A DNA stretch of 64,000 bases. It comes from an uncultured delta proteobacterium (GTDB lineage: Bacteria; Desulfobacterota; Binatia; UBA9968). The notes below the pieces were generated by a model. That model did not search any database. It was not told the origin of the DNA and saw only the letters and a program-made list of their open reading frames with translations. The translations under genes and the position numbers were made by a program. The stretch covers positions 32,001 through 96,000 of the forward strand of contig CAVWLW010000069.1 of the NCBI GenBank assembly GCA_963755715.1, in the 5' to 3' direction. Below, piece by piece: positions 40,836 to 51,500 of the stretch (position 1 is its first letter; each line of letters begins with the position of its first letter).

Positions 40836-41705
40836 TCAGTTCAGAGAAACCACTTCCCAGCAGTTGGTGCCGGGATCGCGGAAGCAAAACGACGCGGTGC
40901 CGTTATTTTCCTGTAACGGCAACAGCTCGCTCACGCCGAGTTCCTTGCCCGATTGGTCGAACTCACGATAAGCCTCTTTCACCGCGTCTTTCGAAGCGAC
41001 GGTCAGAGTATTGCGAAAGTTTGGCGAAAATACTTTGGGATTTTCGCGCAGCGCACAGACAATATAAGTTTTCGCCGTCGGATGCTTGACGTAGATCACG
41101 TGGCTGCTGAATCGATGCACTTCGAGATTCAAAACCCTCGTGTAAAAATCTTTGTTGGCCGCCAAATCGGTGGCGACCAAAGTGCCGTGGGTAAATGCCT
41201 GAGGCACGTAACCTCGCCCCGGAAAGCGTTCCGCCGGATACACGTTCTCCCAATGCGGCTTCTTCACGCCGCCGAATTTCTCCGCCGCCGCCTCTTTGCG
41301 CGAAAAATCTTCATAGCACTCGATTTCCCAACCGTTGGTGCCTGGCTCGACAAAGTAACAGGAGTACGAACCGTGGCTCCACGTCGGTTTACCAATGGCA
41401 CCGAGCTTGTACTGTTGCTTGTGTGCCGTCAGATACTCGTATGCTTTGTCGACTTCCTCCGTGGTGAGCACGCGCACGCCCCAATGATTGTGCATCGGCT
41501 TTGCAGGCGCATCCGCTCCCGCTTCGTGCAACACCAGCATCCACGGTGAATTGGGATGCTTGAGGGTCGCTTCGCCCGGTTCTTTGGACATTTTTTCAAA
41601 CGCGAGCAATTCGGTCATCACGGCAAACGAATCCTCCAGATTGCGACATTCCATATGCGTCGCCGATAGCGTGATGGGCTGGATCATGACCTGACTCCTC
41701 ACCAA
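40836..41705 (-). CDS. Two-domain VOC/glyoxalase family protein
   Basis: H..E, YFVEPGTNGWEI, THGTL and FRDPGTNCWEV motifs. Confidence 0.75.
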   Translation of the reverse strand: MVRSQVMIQPITLSATHMECRNLEDSFAVMTELLAFEKMSKEPGEATLKHPNSPWMLVLHEAGADAPAKPMHNHWGVRVLTTEEVDKAYEYLTAHKQQYKLGAIGKPTWSHGSYSCYFVEPGTNGWEIECYEDFSRKEAAAEKFGGVKKPHWENVYPAERFPGRGYVPQAFTHGTLVATDLAANKDFYTRVLNLEVHRFSSHVIYVKHPTAKTYIVCALRENPKVFSPNFRNTLTVASKDAVKEAYREFDQSGKELGVSELLPLQENNGTASFCFRDPGTNCWEVVSLN

Positions 41706-41883
41706 TTAGGCCAAACTAATTCTGAAGCGGAAATTTACAGTGCTGCGACGAGGCTGTCAAATCGACTCCCACCGAACTTGTAGTTCGGTAGGAGGTCGCC
41801 CTGAGCAAAGCGAAGGGTCCAATCATCCTTGACACAACCAGTTGTTTTCCTTAAATTCGCCCAGCTTTGAGGGAGCGCTTTCC

Positions 41884-42912
41884 ATGAACAAGAAACGTAT
41901 GCTTGTTGCTTTTGCCGTCAGCGCTCTTGTTTCATGGTCGGCGAATGCAACGCTGGCTCAGGAACCTTTCTACAAAGGCAAGACCATTCGCGTCGTAGTG
42001 GCGACTTCCGCCGGCGGCGGATTCGATGCTTACACTCGAATGATTACTCGCCACATGGGAAAATTCGTGCCAGGCAATCCCGCTTTCGTTGTCGAGAACA
42101 TGCCGGGAGCCGGCCATCTGATCGGCGCCAATCACATGTACAAAGTCGCCAAGCCGGATGGTCTCACCCTCGGCCATTTTCAAGGCGGCCTTTTTCTTTA
42201 CCAGGTTTTTGGACGGCCCGGCATCGAATTCGATGCGAAACAATTTGAGTTCATCGGCAGCCCGATCAAAGAAAGCCGCGCCTGCGCTTTCACGAAAGCC
42301 AGCGGCATCATCAGCGTGGAAAAATGGCTGGCATCGAAGACGCCGGTGAAACTCGGCGGCATCGGCGGCGCCGCGCCCGATGACATTGCTCGCATGCTCG
42401 CCGCCACGACGGCTCTGCCGGTTCAACTGGTCGCCGGCTACAAAGGCACCTCCGAGATTCGCATGGCGGCGGAGAGCGGCGAGCTTGCCGGCGGCTGCTG
42501 GACATGGGACTCAATCCGCGCCACATGGACGAAAGCGATTCAAAGCGGCGATGCCGTCGTCGTGCTGCAACTTCTATCCAAGCCCCATCCCGAGTTAGCC
42601 AACATTCCATTGGCTCAAAGTTTGGCTAAGTCGGACGAAGCGCGCCAATTAATGCAGGCCGGCGTCCAGGACCCCGCCGACTACTACCGTCCCTACGTGC
42701 TACCGCCTCGCACACCGAAAGATCGCGTGGAAATTCTGCGCAAGGCGCTCCAAGACACGATGAAGGATCCGGAGTTTCTCGCCGACGCCGCCAAGTCGCG
42801 CCTGGACATCGATCCAGTCACCGGCACAGAATTGGAAAATCTTGTCCGCGGATTGTTCAAACTCAGCCCGTCCATGATCAGCAAACTGAAAACAATTCTG
42901 TTGCCCAGCTAA
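41884..42912 (+). CDS. Tripartite tricarboxylate transporter (TctC/Bug) substrate-binding protein
   Basis: FYKGKTI..SAGGGFD, VENMPGAG, KPDGLT and GYKGT motifs. Confidence 0.9.
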   Translation: MNKKRMLVAFAVSALVSWSANATLAQEPFYKGKTIRVVVATSAGGGFDAYTRMITRHMGKFVPGNPAFVVENMPGAGHLIGANHMYKVAKPDGLTLGHFQGGLFLYQVFGRPGIEFDAKQFEFIGSPIKESRACAFTKASGIISVEKWLASKTPVKLGGIGGAAPDDIARMLAATTALPVQLVAGYKGTSEIRMAAESGELAGGCWTWDSIRATWTKAIQSGDAVVVLQLLSKPHPELANIPLAQSLAKSDEARQLMQAGVQDPADYYRPYVLPPRTPKDRVEILRKALQDTMKDPEFLADAAKSRLDIDPVTGTELENLVRGLFKLSPSMISKLKTILLPS

Positions 42913-42961
42913 TTGTATTGCGAGAGTCGGTTGGCGAAATTGCCCTAACCAAGGAGAACAG

Positions 42962-43991
42962 ATGATCAGAATTTCAAACCTGTTGTTACTGTCATGTCTC
43001 ATGACCGTCGCGAGCGGTGACTGGGAAACAGTGCACGCTCAAAGCAACTTTTACGAGGGAAAAACCATTCGGCTGATCGTCGGCTTCACCGCCGGCGGCG
43101 GCTACGACGCCTATACGCGCACGATCGGCCGGCATATGGGCAAACATATTCCCGGCAACCCGGTCATGATCGTCGAGAATATGCCCGGCGCCGGCAGCAT
43201 GATCTCCGCCAACTACATTTACAAAGCCGCGAAGCCCGACGGATCTGACCATCGGCCATTTTATCGGCGGCCTTTTTTTGCAGCAACTGCTCGGCAAACC
43301 GGGGATCGAGTTCGATGCGGCCAAGTTTCAATATGTCGGCGTGCCGGGCCAGGATAATTTTGTCATCGGCATCGCCAAATCTACCGGCATCACCGACGTG
43401 GAATCCTGGCTCGCCTCCAAGCAAATCGTCAAGTTCGGCGGCGTCGCTTCAGGCTCCGGTTCGGACGATATCCCCAACGTGCTCAAGGCGACACTTGGAC
43501 TACCTATCCAACTCGTCTCCGGCTACAAAGGCACCGCCGACGTGCGCCTGGCGTTTAACAGCGGCGAAGTCGCCGGCCTGAGCAACTCCTGGGAGTCGAC
43601 CAAATCGACTTGGCGCAAGGAATTGGAAACCGGCGAGTTGAAACTGGTTCTTCAGGCGACTCTAAAGCCGCATCCTGAATTTCCCAAGTTACCGATGGCG
43701 CTCAACTACGCCAAGACGGACGAAGCCAAACTGCTGATCTCGACGGTGGCGCGCGTCCATGGCCCAACAGTGCGGCCCTACGTCCTGCCGCCGAACACAC
43801 CCAAAAACCGGGTGGAGATTATTCGCAAGGCGTTCATGGACACGATGAAAGACCCCGAGTTTCTCGCGGAGGCGAAAAAGGCCAATCTCGATATCAATCC
43901 CGACGATGGAGCCGTCCTGGAACAAAACGTCAAAGAGATTTTGAAACTCGAACCAGGACTAATCGCCAAGCTCAAAGAAATCCTCAAATAA
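42962..43991 (+). CDS. TctC/Bug substrate-binding protein; frameshift near 43245
   Basis: AGGGYD and NMPGAG motifs; continues in ORF 43278..43991. Confidence 0.88.
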
Positions 43992-44035
43992 CAGTCTCGA
44001 AGAGACTGTTATCCTGAGCGTCGTTCAGAATGACA
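43990..44035. repeat. Hairpin plus a REP-like TGTYA...TGACA unit between convergent genes
   Basis: AACAGTCTC-GAA-GAGACTGTT and TGTTATCCTGAGCG-T-CGTTCAGAATGACA. Confidence 0.6.
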
Positions 44036-44105
44036 ACTCATATCTCGTGATTGCGACACAATTTCTTTTTGTGTTTTGCGGCGAATTCAGATTTTCTGCT
44101 ACCTT

Positions 44106-45143
44106 TCACTTCGCTCGGTTAAAAATCTCATTGAAGCGCGCCACAGTGTCGTTATAGTTTTCGATCATCCCCTCCGGCCGTGCCGGGTAGAGCTGCAATC
44201 CCTGCGTTAGACTCGGCGGATCGGGCGCAACGTCCGGCCGCGCCGGAATTCTCCGCAGGCTGCGCAGCAAATTTTGCCCTTCTTTCGACAGCACGAAATC
44301 GACAAACAGCTTGGCTGCGTTGGGATGCGGCGCTTTTTCTGGAATTGCGATGGAGTTGATCGCGGTGATCGTCGGCCCTTTGAACCGGACCCAATCGACC
44401 GGCGCGCCGCTCGCCTTCATACGCTCGATGCGATTGGAGTAGACCACCGTCGCGAGCGCGATTTCGCCGGCGGCCACAAGTTGCGCCAACAGCGTGTGAC
44501 CCGCGCGCATCTGTGGATTTTGCCCGGCAAATTTTTTCATATAGTCGAGTCCTTTGTCTCGACCCAGGATCTGCATCCAGTGATAGAACCATTGGTACTC
44601 TTCGGTTTCTAAACCGACCCAGCCCTTCCATTTGGGATTCAATAGATCTTCGTAGCTCGACGGCGCATCCTTCGGCGCCACGAGTCGAGTATTGTAGCCG
44701 ATGACGTAGGGAATTTGATAGAAAGCCGTCCAGTATCCCTGCGGATCTTTAAATCCGTCTCGATAAGCGGCCGCTTCATCGGAAACGTATCGCGCCAGCA
44801 ATTTCAGGTTCTTTAGCTGATACACTTGAATGATGCTGGTCTGAAAAATATCGGCGGTGTGCGTGTTGGCACGGTGCTCGACGAGAAATCGCGCCTGCAC
44901 TTTTTCGCCGCTTGACCGAAAAATTTCAGAAGTTATGAAAGGATATCTTTTAGAAAACTCTTTCGTGTACAGATTCGCTTCGTCGGTGTCCATGCCGGTG
45001 TAAAGCACCAGCCGGCCTTCTTTCTTCGCTCCTTCCAAAACGCGCTCGCGCTCGGCGGCGGCGCCAAAGACCGAAGCATAGGGATGCAAAAGCAGCGCAA
45101 ACAAAAACCCAATGAAGCTCCAGCGGCACGCTCGATGGCACAT
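44106..45143 (-). CDS. ABC substrate-binding protein, AfuA-like family
   Basis: GAKKEGRLVLY, DLLNPKWKG and APHPNAAKLFVDFVLSKEGQ motifs. Confidence 0.88.
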   Translation of the reverse strand: MCHRACRWSFIGFLFALLLHPYASVFGAAAERERVLEGAKKEGRLVLYTGMDTDEANLYTKEFSKRYPFITSEIFRSSGEKVQARFLVEHRANTHTADIFQTSIIQVYQLKNLKLLARYVSDEAAAYRDGFKDPQGYWTAFYQIPYVIGYNTRLVAPKDAPSSYEDLLNPKWKGWVGLETEEYQWFYHWMQILGRDKGLDYMKKFAGQNPQMRAGHTLLAQLVAAGEIALATVVYSNRIERMKASGAPVDWVRFKGPTITAINSIAIPEKAPHPNAAKLFVDFVLSKEGQNLLRSLRRIPARPDVAPDPPSLTQGLQLYPARPEGMIENYNDTVARFNEIFNRAK

Positions 45144-45240
45144 CTTGCTGCCTCCTTCCTCACGTTCCTGCACCAAGCATAAACTCCGACGACATTGCCG
45201 TGTCAACCCAAAATTGGCGGCTAACTCAGTAGGAGTAAAC

Positions 45241-45270
45241 TTGACAACCAAGGTAAAGCTCTCTTATGGT
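45241..45270 (+). promoter_or_regulatory. Possible sigma70 promoter for the amidohydrolase
   Basis: TTGACA at 45241 followed by TATGGT; a divergent TTGACA on the minus strand near 45201. Confidence 0.4.
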
Positions 45271-45391
45271 CGACAACAGAAGCAATTTAAAATCATTCAC
45301 CTGCGCTTATCCGAGGCTTACGGCACACGAGTAGAATTGCACGATGGCCGCGGTATTATTCGCGGCACATGATCGAGCAAGGGGGAAGGTT

Positions 45392-46564
45392 ATGCCGGAT
45401 TTCAAACTCATCTCGGCTGATAGCCACGTCAACGAACCGCCCAGCGCTTGGGAGCGGGTGCAAAAGGAATACGGCGAGCGCGCGCCGAGAGTCGTCAAAG
45501 ATCCGGCGGGCGTGCCCAAAGGCATCTGGCTGCTCATCGACGGCCTGCCGCCGGTCGGCTTATCGCACTATTCGAAGGGTCTCGTCGTCAGCAAGAACCA
45601 AGGCATCTCCGAAGTCGACCAGGAAAAACATTTCGAAACCATTCGCTTTAACGAAACGTTTCGCTACGAAGATTATCCCGGCGGCTGGGAACCGGCCGCG
45701 CGGTTAAAGGACCAAGATACCGATGGCATCGACGCCGAAGTTCTTTTTTCCAGCGCCGTGCGCCAACTCTATAGCATCACCGACGAACCGTTCCAGCGTG
45801 CCATTTTTCACTCGTACAACGCCTGGCTCCACGAATTTTGCGGTCTCAATCCGAAGAGACTCATCGGACTGGCGACGCTGTCGATATTAGACATCGAGCA
45901 TACGGTCACGGACATCCGGCACTACGCCAAGCTCGGTTTTCGCGGCGTACAAATCCCCACGCGGATCCGGGACAGCGGCTATTACGAGCCGAAGTACGAG
46001 CCTATGTGGGCGGCACTGGAAGAATGCGACATGATCGTGAACGTGCATACCAGCGCTACCCAGGGCGTCGCGCGCACGCACTACGAAGGGCCGCGCGACG
46101 TCGATCCCAAAAAACAGCCCCTCGGCCTCGCCAACAAACAGGCTCCGGCGCAGCAGTTCCTTGGCAACATGATTCTGTCCGGCGTCTTCGACCGCCATCC
46201 CGGTCTCAAAGTCGTCTGCGCCGAGTTCGACGTCGGCTGGGTTGCCAATCTCGTGCAACAGGTCGACTACTGGTTCGGCCGCGCCAGCACCTATGATGCC
46301 GAAAAAAATATCAACAAGCTGCCGCCTAGCGAATATTTCAAAAGAAACGCTTTCTTCACCTACCAAGACGACCGCGCCGGCGTGCTCACCGCCTCCGTTT
46401 ACGGCGAAGACAATTTTCTCTGGGCTAGCGACTATCCGCACGGCGTGACGACGTGGCCCAACTCCCAAGCCACCGTCGACAGGAATTGCACCGGCATTGA
46501 CCCGAATGTAAAACGGAAATTGAATCGCGAGAATGCCGCGAAGCTCTATCGTCTTGTTGATTGA
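45392..46564 (+). CDS. Amidohydrolase_2 family metal-dependent hydrolase/decarboxylase
   Basis: ISADSH, VNVH, EFDVGW and WASDYPH motifs. Confidence 0.9.
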   Translation: MPDFKLISADSHVNEPPSAWERVQKEYGERAPRVVKDPAGVPKGIWLLIDGLPPVGLSHYSKGLVVSKNQGISEVDQEKHFETIRFNETFRYEDYPGGWEPAARLKDQDTDGIDAEVLFSSAVRQLYSITDEPFQRAIFHSYNAWLHEFCGLNPKRLIGLATLSILDIEHTVTDIRHYAKLGFRGVQIPTRIRDSGYYEPKYEPMWAALEECDMIVNVHTSATQGVARTHYEGPRDVDPKKQPLGLANKQAPAQQFLGNMILSGVFDRHPGLKVVCAEFDVGWVANLVQQVDYWFGRASTYDAEKNINKLPPSEYFKRNAFFTYQDDRAGVLTASVYGEDNFLWASDYPHGVTTWPNSQATVDRNCTGIDPNVKRKLNRENAAKLYRLVD

Positions 46565-46647
46565 GTGAATGGAGGGGTTGGAGTGTTGGTCCGAAACGCA
46601 TCCTCCATGACTCCATCAATCCCGCACTCAACCTTTGAGGAGGAATC

Positions 46648-46866
46648 ATGAAAATCACCATCGATCGAACCAAATGTGACGGTTACGCTAAATGCGTTCA
46701 AGCCTCGCCCAAAGTATTCAAGCTCGACGCTAAAATGATCGCCGAAGTCATAGATCCCAAAGGCGACACGGACGAAAAAATCTTGCTCGTGGCGAAAATC
46801 TGTCCGACGAAAGCGATTACTCTCGAAGAAGAAGGAAGCGGAAAAAAACTCTTTCCAATCGAATAG
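46648..46866 (+). CDS. Small ferredoxin, probably [3Fe-4S]
   Basis: CDGYAKC...CPTKAI; GAGGAGG RBS. Confidence 0.85.
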   Translation: MKITIDRTKCDGYAKCVQASPKVFKLDAKMIAEVIDPKGDTDEKILLVAKICPTKAITLEEEGSGKKLFPIE

Positions 46867-46900
46867 TCGGGTCAGGAAGGTGAAAGCCTACTAAAACCGG

Positions 46901-47623
46901 CTACGGCAACCCAGCTAACAATTGGCCGTAGCCTTTTTGCGGCTGCCGCACGCGCAACCGCTTCTGAATCTCCCAGCACTGCGTCACGCCCGGATGAATC
47001 ACCGGCACGCCGAGATCCTGTTCCAGCGGTTCGATGATATCGAGGATGCGCAGTTTGCCGCCCTGGAAATAAATCCCGTCGGCGTCGCGATGGCGCAAAA
47101 ACAGCTTTCTCGCTTCAGCGTAGATGTCCTTCGACGACAACCGACCGACCTCTTCCCAAGGTCCGGGAAGTTTCGCTAGCTCCAAAACATCGAAACCTGC
47201 GTCGGTGAAGTAGCGCGCGACAATGCTGGTATCGTCGAAGTCGTAACCGATGCCGACAAACTTTTTGATCTTGAGCGCCTTCATCGCCGCCACTTGATTC
47301 GTCGCCGATGTAAAAATGGGAACTCCGAACTGCTTTTCCCATTTGGCAATAATTTCTGCCTCGCCTTTGTAACCCAGCAGCATAAACGGCGGCGTCCCCG
47401 CCGGATGAATAAGATCAACCTTGTCTTCGGCAAGCTCGGCGATCTTCTCTTCATACGCCGGAATCGCCGCCTGAAATTCTTCGATCCTCCCATGCCGGAC
47501 GTTGTTGAAGAGCGGAATCACGCCGATCCCGTCCGGCAGCATCTTGATCAATTCCACTAACGAACCGGAACCTTTGGTCGGTTTGATGATGCCAACCATC
47601 CCGCGCCAGCAATCGTAGGGCAT
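46901..47623 (-). CDS. Maleate isomerase/arylmalonate decarboxylase (Asp/Glu racemase) family protein
   Basis: GIIKP, GVPIFTS, ADGIYF and LEQDLGVPVI..GYGQLL motifs. Confidence 0.8.
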   Translation of the reverse strand: MPYDCWRGMVGIIKPTKGSGSLVELIKMLPDGIGVIPLFNNVRHGRIEEFQAAIPAYEEKIAELAEDKVDLIHPAGTPPFMLLGYKGEAEIIAKWEKQFGVPIFTSATNQVAAMKALKIKKFVGIGYDFDDTSIVARYFTDAGFDVLELAKLPGPWEEVGRLSSKDIYAEARKLFLRHRDADGIYFQGGKLRILDIIEPLEQDLGVPVIHPGVTQCWEIQKRLRVRQPQKGYGQLLAGLP

Positions 47624-47806
47624 AGCTGTTTCTCCTAGCATTGACTCATTGAAGTCCCCTTTACTATTTCGGTGCTTAATATTCTACCGAGCAAAGCCTC
47701 TGGAAGCAGGTGTAGAAGCCTTTTCAAATCCGCGTTGATTACTGCAAGAGCTGTATCATTGCGCGATTCGATCGCGTCGAATCGCCTGAACATTTCCGTT
47801 AAACGC

Positions 47807-49872
47807 TCAGTGCGCACTGGCATGTCGCTGCGCGGACTCTCGACTGCCGGAGGTTGCCGGTGGTTCACCTGGTTTTTGCACGTCTTTGAGCACGAGTCCC
47901 TGCGGGTCTTGATTCTGCACCTGGGCGATCAGGGCATCGCAGTCCACGTCCTTCCCCTGGCCGAGGTCTCTGGGTTGGAGTGGCGTCATTACGAGCATCG
48001 TCAGAACATTGAAGAGTTTTTTAAACAGGGAATCCGTCCCGGTCTTGATCGGATCCGGAAAGACAGAAATGTTCTTAAAACCTCCCGTCACCCGGATATA
48101 GGAACGCAGGCTCAGCGGGCTGAAACCTTTCGGCACCGGCAGTACCACGATGTTGACCTTCTCATCTCGGAGGTCGATGTTGCCTTCACCGGAAACGACG
48201 GAATTGGCGGTATCGAAGACCAGCGTTTGAACGCCCATCTGTCCATTCTGTCCCTGGAGATTTAGTAAGGCACAGCGGACAGGGATGGGCTTATCGCCCC
48301 GAATGGCTACGCCCAAGGCATTAGCAACGTCGAGTCCGGCCAACCGAATTAGCAACTCGCTGATCTCGCCGCCCGACATGGCAAAGAAGGTGTTGCCGGA
48401 GGCAGTCGCCATGAGTTCGCGAAAGGATTCGCCGGTCCCCGCAAGAACGATTCGCCCTCCAATAGGGCTGAGGGTTTTTTGTGCGAATGAACGTGTCAGC
48501 CGAGGAATCGTTTCAAATCCAGGTGCCGAAGCCGCGCGTCGATCTTCACCTTCGAGGGCCGCTTCGATCCGTCGAAGGTGCTGTAGATCTCCATGCGGCC
48601 GTTGGCGACGCCGAATGCCGCCGGCGAGAAGCGCAAAACTCCGTCGTTCAAGTTTAATATGGCGTTAAGGTCGTCGATCGGTAATTTTGGCGCGAGAATT
48701 TTTTTGGCGCGCAGCCGGACATCAGCGTCCATCGCTCTCAAACGCTCGAGGTCGTAACGTTGATCAGGAAATATTCGATCGCTGTCCTTTTCTGCGGCAG
48801 CTTGCTTTTTTTGCTCCTCTGAAGCTGTCTCGCCCGGAGCTGTTCCCGGCTTGCCGCCGATGAAACCGGCCAAGTCGTCGAAGTCGAGTAAGTTAGAAAC
48901 AAGATCGGCCTTCATGAAGGGGCGCTTCGGCGCTGTATCCACCCGAATGTTACCCGACAGGTCGCTATCGCCGACCCGTCCGGAAAAATTTGAAAATGAC
49001 CAGACTTTACCGTCGTGCTTTAAATGACCTTTGAGGCGGTAAGGCGGCGTTGATGGAAACACGAGGCGGATGAGTGGATAGAGATTCGCCATGTCGTCGC
49101 CCTGAATATCAAGCGTGACGTCTTCCCCTTTCATCTCTAATGGTTCGGTTAAATTTCCGTCGATTTTTGCTTTGAGCTTTCCAGCGCCGAGGTTGATCTG
49201 CAGAGGGTAGGGCTCCTTTGCGCTTCTCAGGTTTTGATAAGAACCGCCATCCAAGGATAGAGTCAGCGGCAGTTTCTGATAGGTCCCTTCCGCTTTGAGC
49301 TTGACCGGCGCCTCTAAAAATCCCGCACCTTCCGCAGTTACCTTCAATTCAATCTGGGTTTTGCTTTCCTGGTCATCAAACAGGAGCGTACCGTCTTTTA
49401 TGATTACTTTTTCGATGACAGGAAAATTACTGCGGTTCTCTGGTACCACGGGCTCGGTCACTGCGGGCGCCGCGCGAAATTCCCAGTTTGCCGAGCCCTC
49501 AGCATTTTTTTCGAGCACCACCTTGGGTTGGGATATCGTGACCGTGGGGAGAACCACGCGAAAATGTCGAACGAGTTGCCAGAGATCTATCTCGACGTCG
49601 AAAAGTCCAACTTCGGCCATCTGCGGGTGTTTGCTCCAGCCTGCGTTCTGAAATTGTATGTCGCTGGCGCTCACTCTGGAGATCCAACCGAGATCAAGTT
49701 TTAGATCCCCATTGATGCTCAATTGCCGGCCTGTGGCTTTGCTGACTCCCGCCGAAATGTATTTCTTTGCCTTGTTCTGATCGAGTGTTGCAATAAAAAT
49801 CGCCAGCGCAATGGCAGCAATGCCGAAAACGGATCCCACCCAGATCAAAACGCGACGTTTTCGCGTGGTCAT
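47807..49872 (-). CDS. AsmA family (YhjG-like) protein; frameshift near 48495
   Basis: N-terminal TM; ATGRQLSINGDL, GRVGDSDLSG and LRAMDADV motifs; C-terminal LAGLDVA..IPVRCA..FDT. Confidence 0.85.
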
Positions 49873-50124
49873 AATTCACCTTTTACCTGCGCACACAATG
49901 TAATTATAGAAGAGCGCAAGAGACGTACCAGCGGATTACCGAGGACAATTGTTATGAAGAAAATTCACTACAATCGGGCGAGTCAGTCCTGAGACAGCGG
50001 AATTCGAGAATTTCGCCGGTGGTCTACCCAAATGTTAGGAAATTTATGGAGGAAATCTTAGAAAATGGAGGAATTTTCCGTGCAGGAATCGACTTGAGAT
50101 CACACAAATTTATCTAGTCTACTC

Positions 50125-50222
50125 CCGGAATCGCCGCCTAAATTCTTCGATCCTTCATGCCCGAGGTTGTTGAAAGAGCGGAATCACTCCCGATCCCGTC
50201 CGGCAGCATCTTGATCAATTCC
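50125..50222 (-). pseudogene. Degenerate duplicate of the 5' part of the maleate-isomerase-family gene (47458..47555)
   Basis: Near-identical to 47458..47555 apart from a few indels and substitutions; shares CGATCCCGTCCGGCAGCATCTTGATCAATTCC. Confidence 0.85.
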
Positions 50223-50241
50223 CCGCCAATCAAGCCTAAAC

Positions 50242-50373
50242 TCAGATGGACGGTCTACAATGAGCCGGTCTCCATCTTTGTAGGCTTTCAGCGACGGATT
50301 CGCGATGGGTACCAGAAACCTTGCGCAGGTCTTGGAGGTGATTGAGATACTGTTGAATTAAGACCTGGCTCAT
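50242..50373 (-). pseudogene. Truncated N-terminus resembling type ISP/N-6 methylase restriction-modification enzymes
   Basis: MSQVLIQQYLNHLQDLRKVSGTHRESV, then diverges and stops; the family match is recalled, not searched. Confidence 0.45.
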
Positions 50374-50604
50374 TTAGCGGCGGGACATCGTTGAAAAAAC
50401 GAGGGCAGTTATTTCCGACAGGCTAAGTGCCGATGCGCGCTCCGCGCGCCGCCCATTTCTCTGCTAAACGGTGCATAGAGGGTCCAGCCTCCGGCCAATT
50501 GCGATGAATTTCGTGGGGCATCAGCAAATCCTACTTCAACGGTTGGATCTTAGCTGGCGGACGGCCTTCCTGCAATGCTCTCCAGTCGTGGTTCGCTTCG
50601 ATCA

Positions 50605-50670
50605 AGATCCCTCTCTATCGTTCGGGATGACAAATCGCTTAGGTGTCATTTCGAGCGGAGCGAGAAATCT
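50605..50670. repeat. Back-to-back pair of REP-like units (same family as the GIY-YIG flanks)
   Basis: AGATCCCTCTCTATCGTTCGGGATGACA...TAGGTGTCATTTCGAGCGGAGCGAGAAATCT. Confidence 0.75.
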
Positions 50671-50756
50671 TTCTTGATGTCTTAATTCAGTTTGGGGTCT
50701 CAATGAATCGCTACTTAAACAGATATTAAATCCCTGCTTTGGTTCCTCGGGCGATC

Positions 50757-51317
50757 CTATTTCTCGTCCTGCCGGTCTCTCACGGTTTGCAAATCCTCCA
50801 AACACCCCGCGCACATGTACGCGGCGTGCGGCAAGAAAATCAATTCATCCGTTTCACGCGCCTCCATGCAGATGCCGCAAAGACGGTCTTGTTTGGATTC
50901 GCTCGCTGATTTTTTCTTGCGTACACCGGGGTCCTTGGCGGCTTCGGACTCTTCGGCGACGATGCCGCTACAAAGCTTGATGCACTCATCGCAAATGTGA
51001 ACTGCAAGGCCGGCGATCAATTTTCGTACCTCGTTCGGTCCTTTTCCACAGAAGGAACAGCCGGCTTCTTTGTCCTTATCCGAGAATTTCGGAATCTCGC
51101 CTTCCCATTTGTCGCCGTAGGCTTTCTTGAGCGTCTCTTCCAGTGCTGTGCCGATGTGCAGCAGTTGCCGCGCGATCTCGCTTCGTTTCGGCGTGCTCTT
51201 GGATTCGAGAAAGTTGCTGACCGCCCGTTGAAATATTTTCAATGCCGATCCGTACCTCTGTTCACTGATCAAGTCGGCGCACTCGACGAAACCGAATTTG
51301 GATTGGGTTGTGATCAT
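50757..51317 (-). CDS. ClpX C4-type zinc-finger domain protein with a second Cys cluster
   Basis: [22 protein letters not shown] and CGIC..MCAGC; no AAA+ domain. Confidence 0.8.
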   Translation of the reverse strand: MITTQSKFGFVECADLISEQRYGSALKIFQRAVSNFLESKSTPKRSEIARQLLHIGTALEETLKKAYGDKWEGEIPKFSDKDKEAGCSFCGKGPNEVRKLIAGLAVHICDECIKLCSGIVAEESEAAKDPGVRKKKSASESKQDRLCGICMEARETDELIFLPHAAYMCAGCLEDLQTVRDRQDEK

Positions 51318-51500
51318 CTGCGTTTCTCCCTCGCGATCAGTTCACCGACAGTCGGGTTCCCCGCACTCCTGTTGTCCCGCTAGTGAACGTAGCTTGTTGG
51401 AGTGTCCGCCAGGCACCCTCGTCTGTCAACCTATGCTGCCGAAAAACCTGATCGCCGGTCGATTGACACGTTCTATTCTAGGGCGATAAAAATGATAGCT

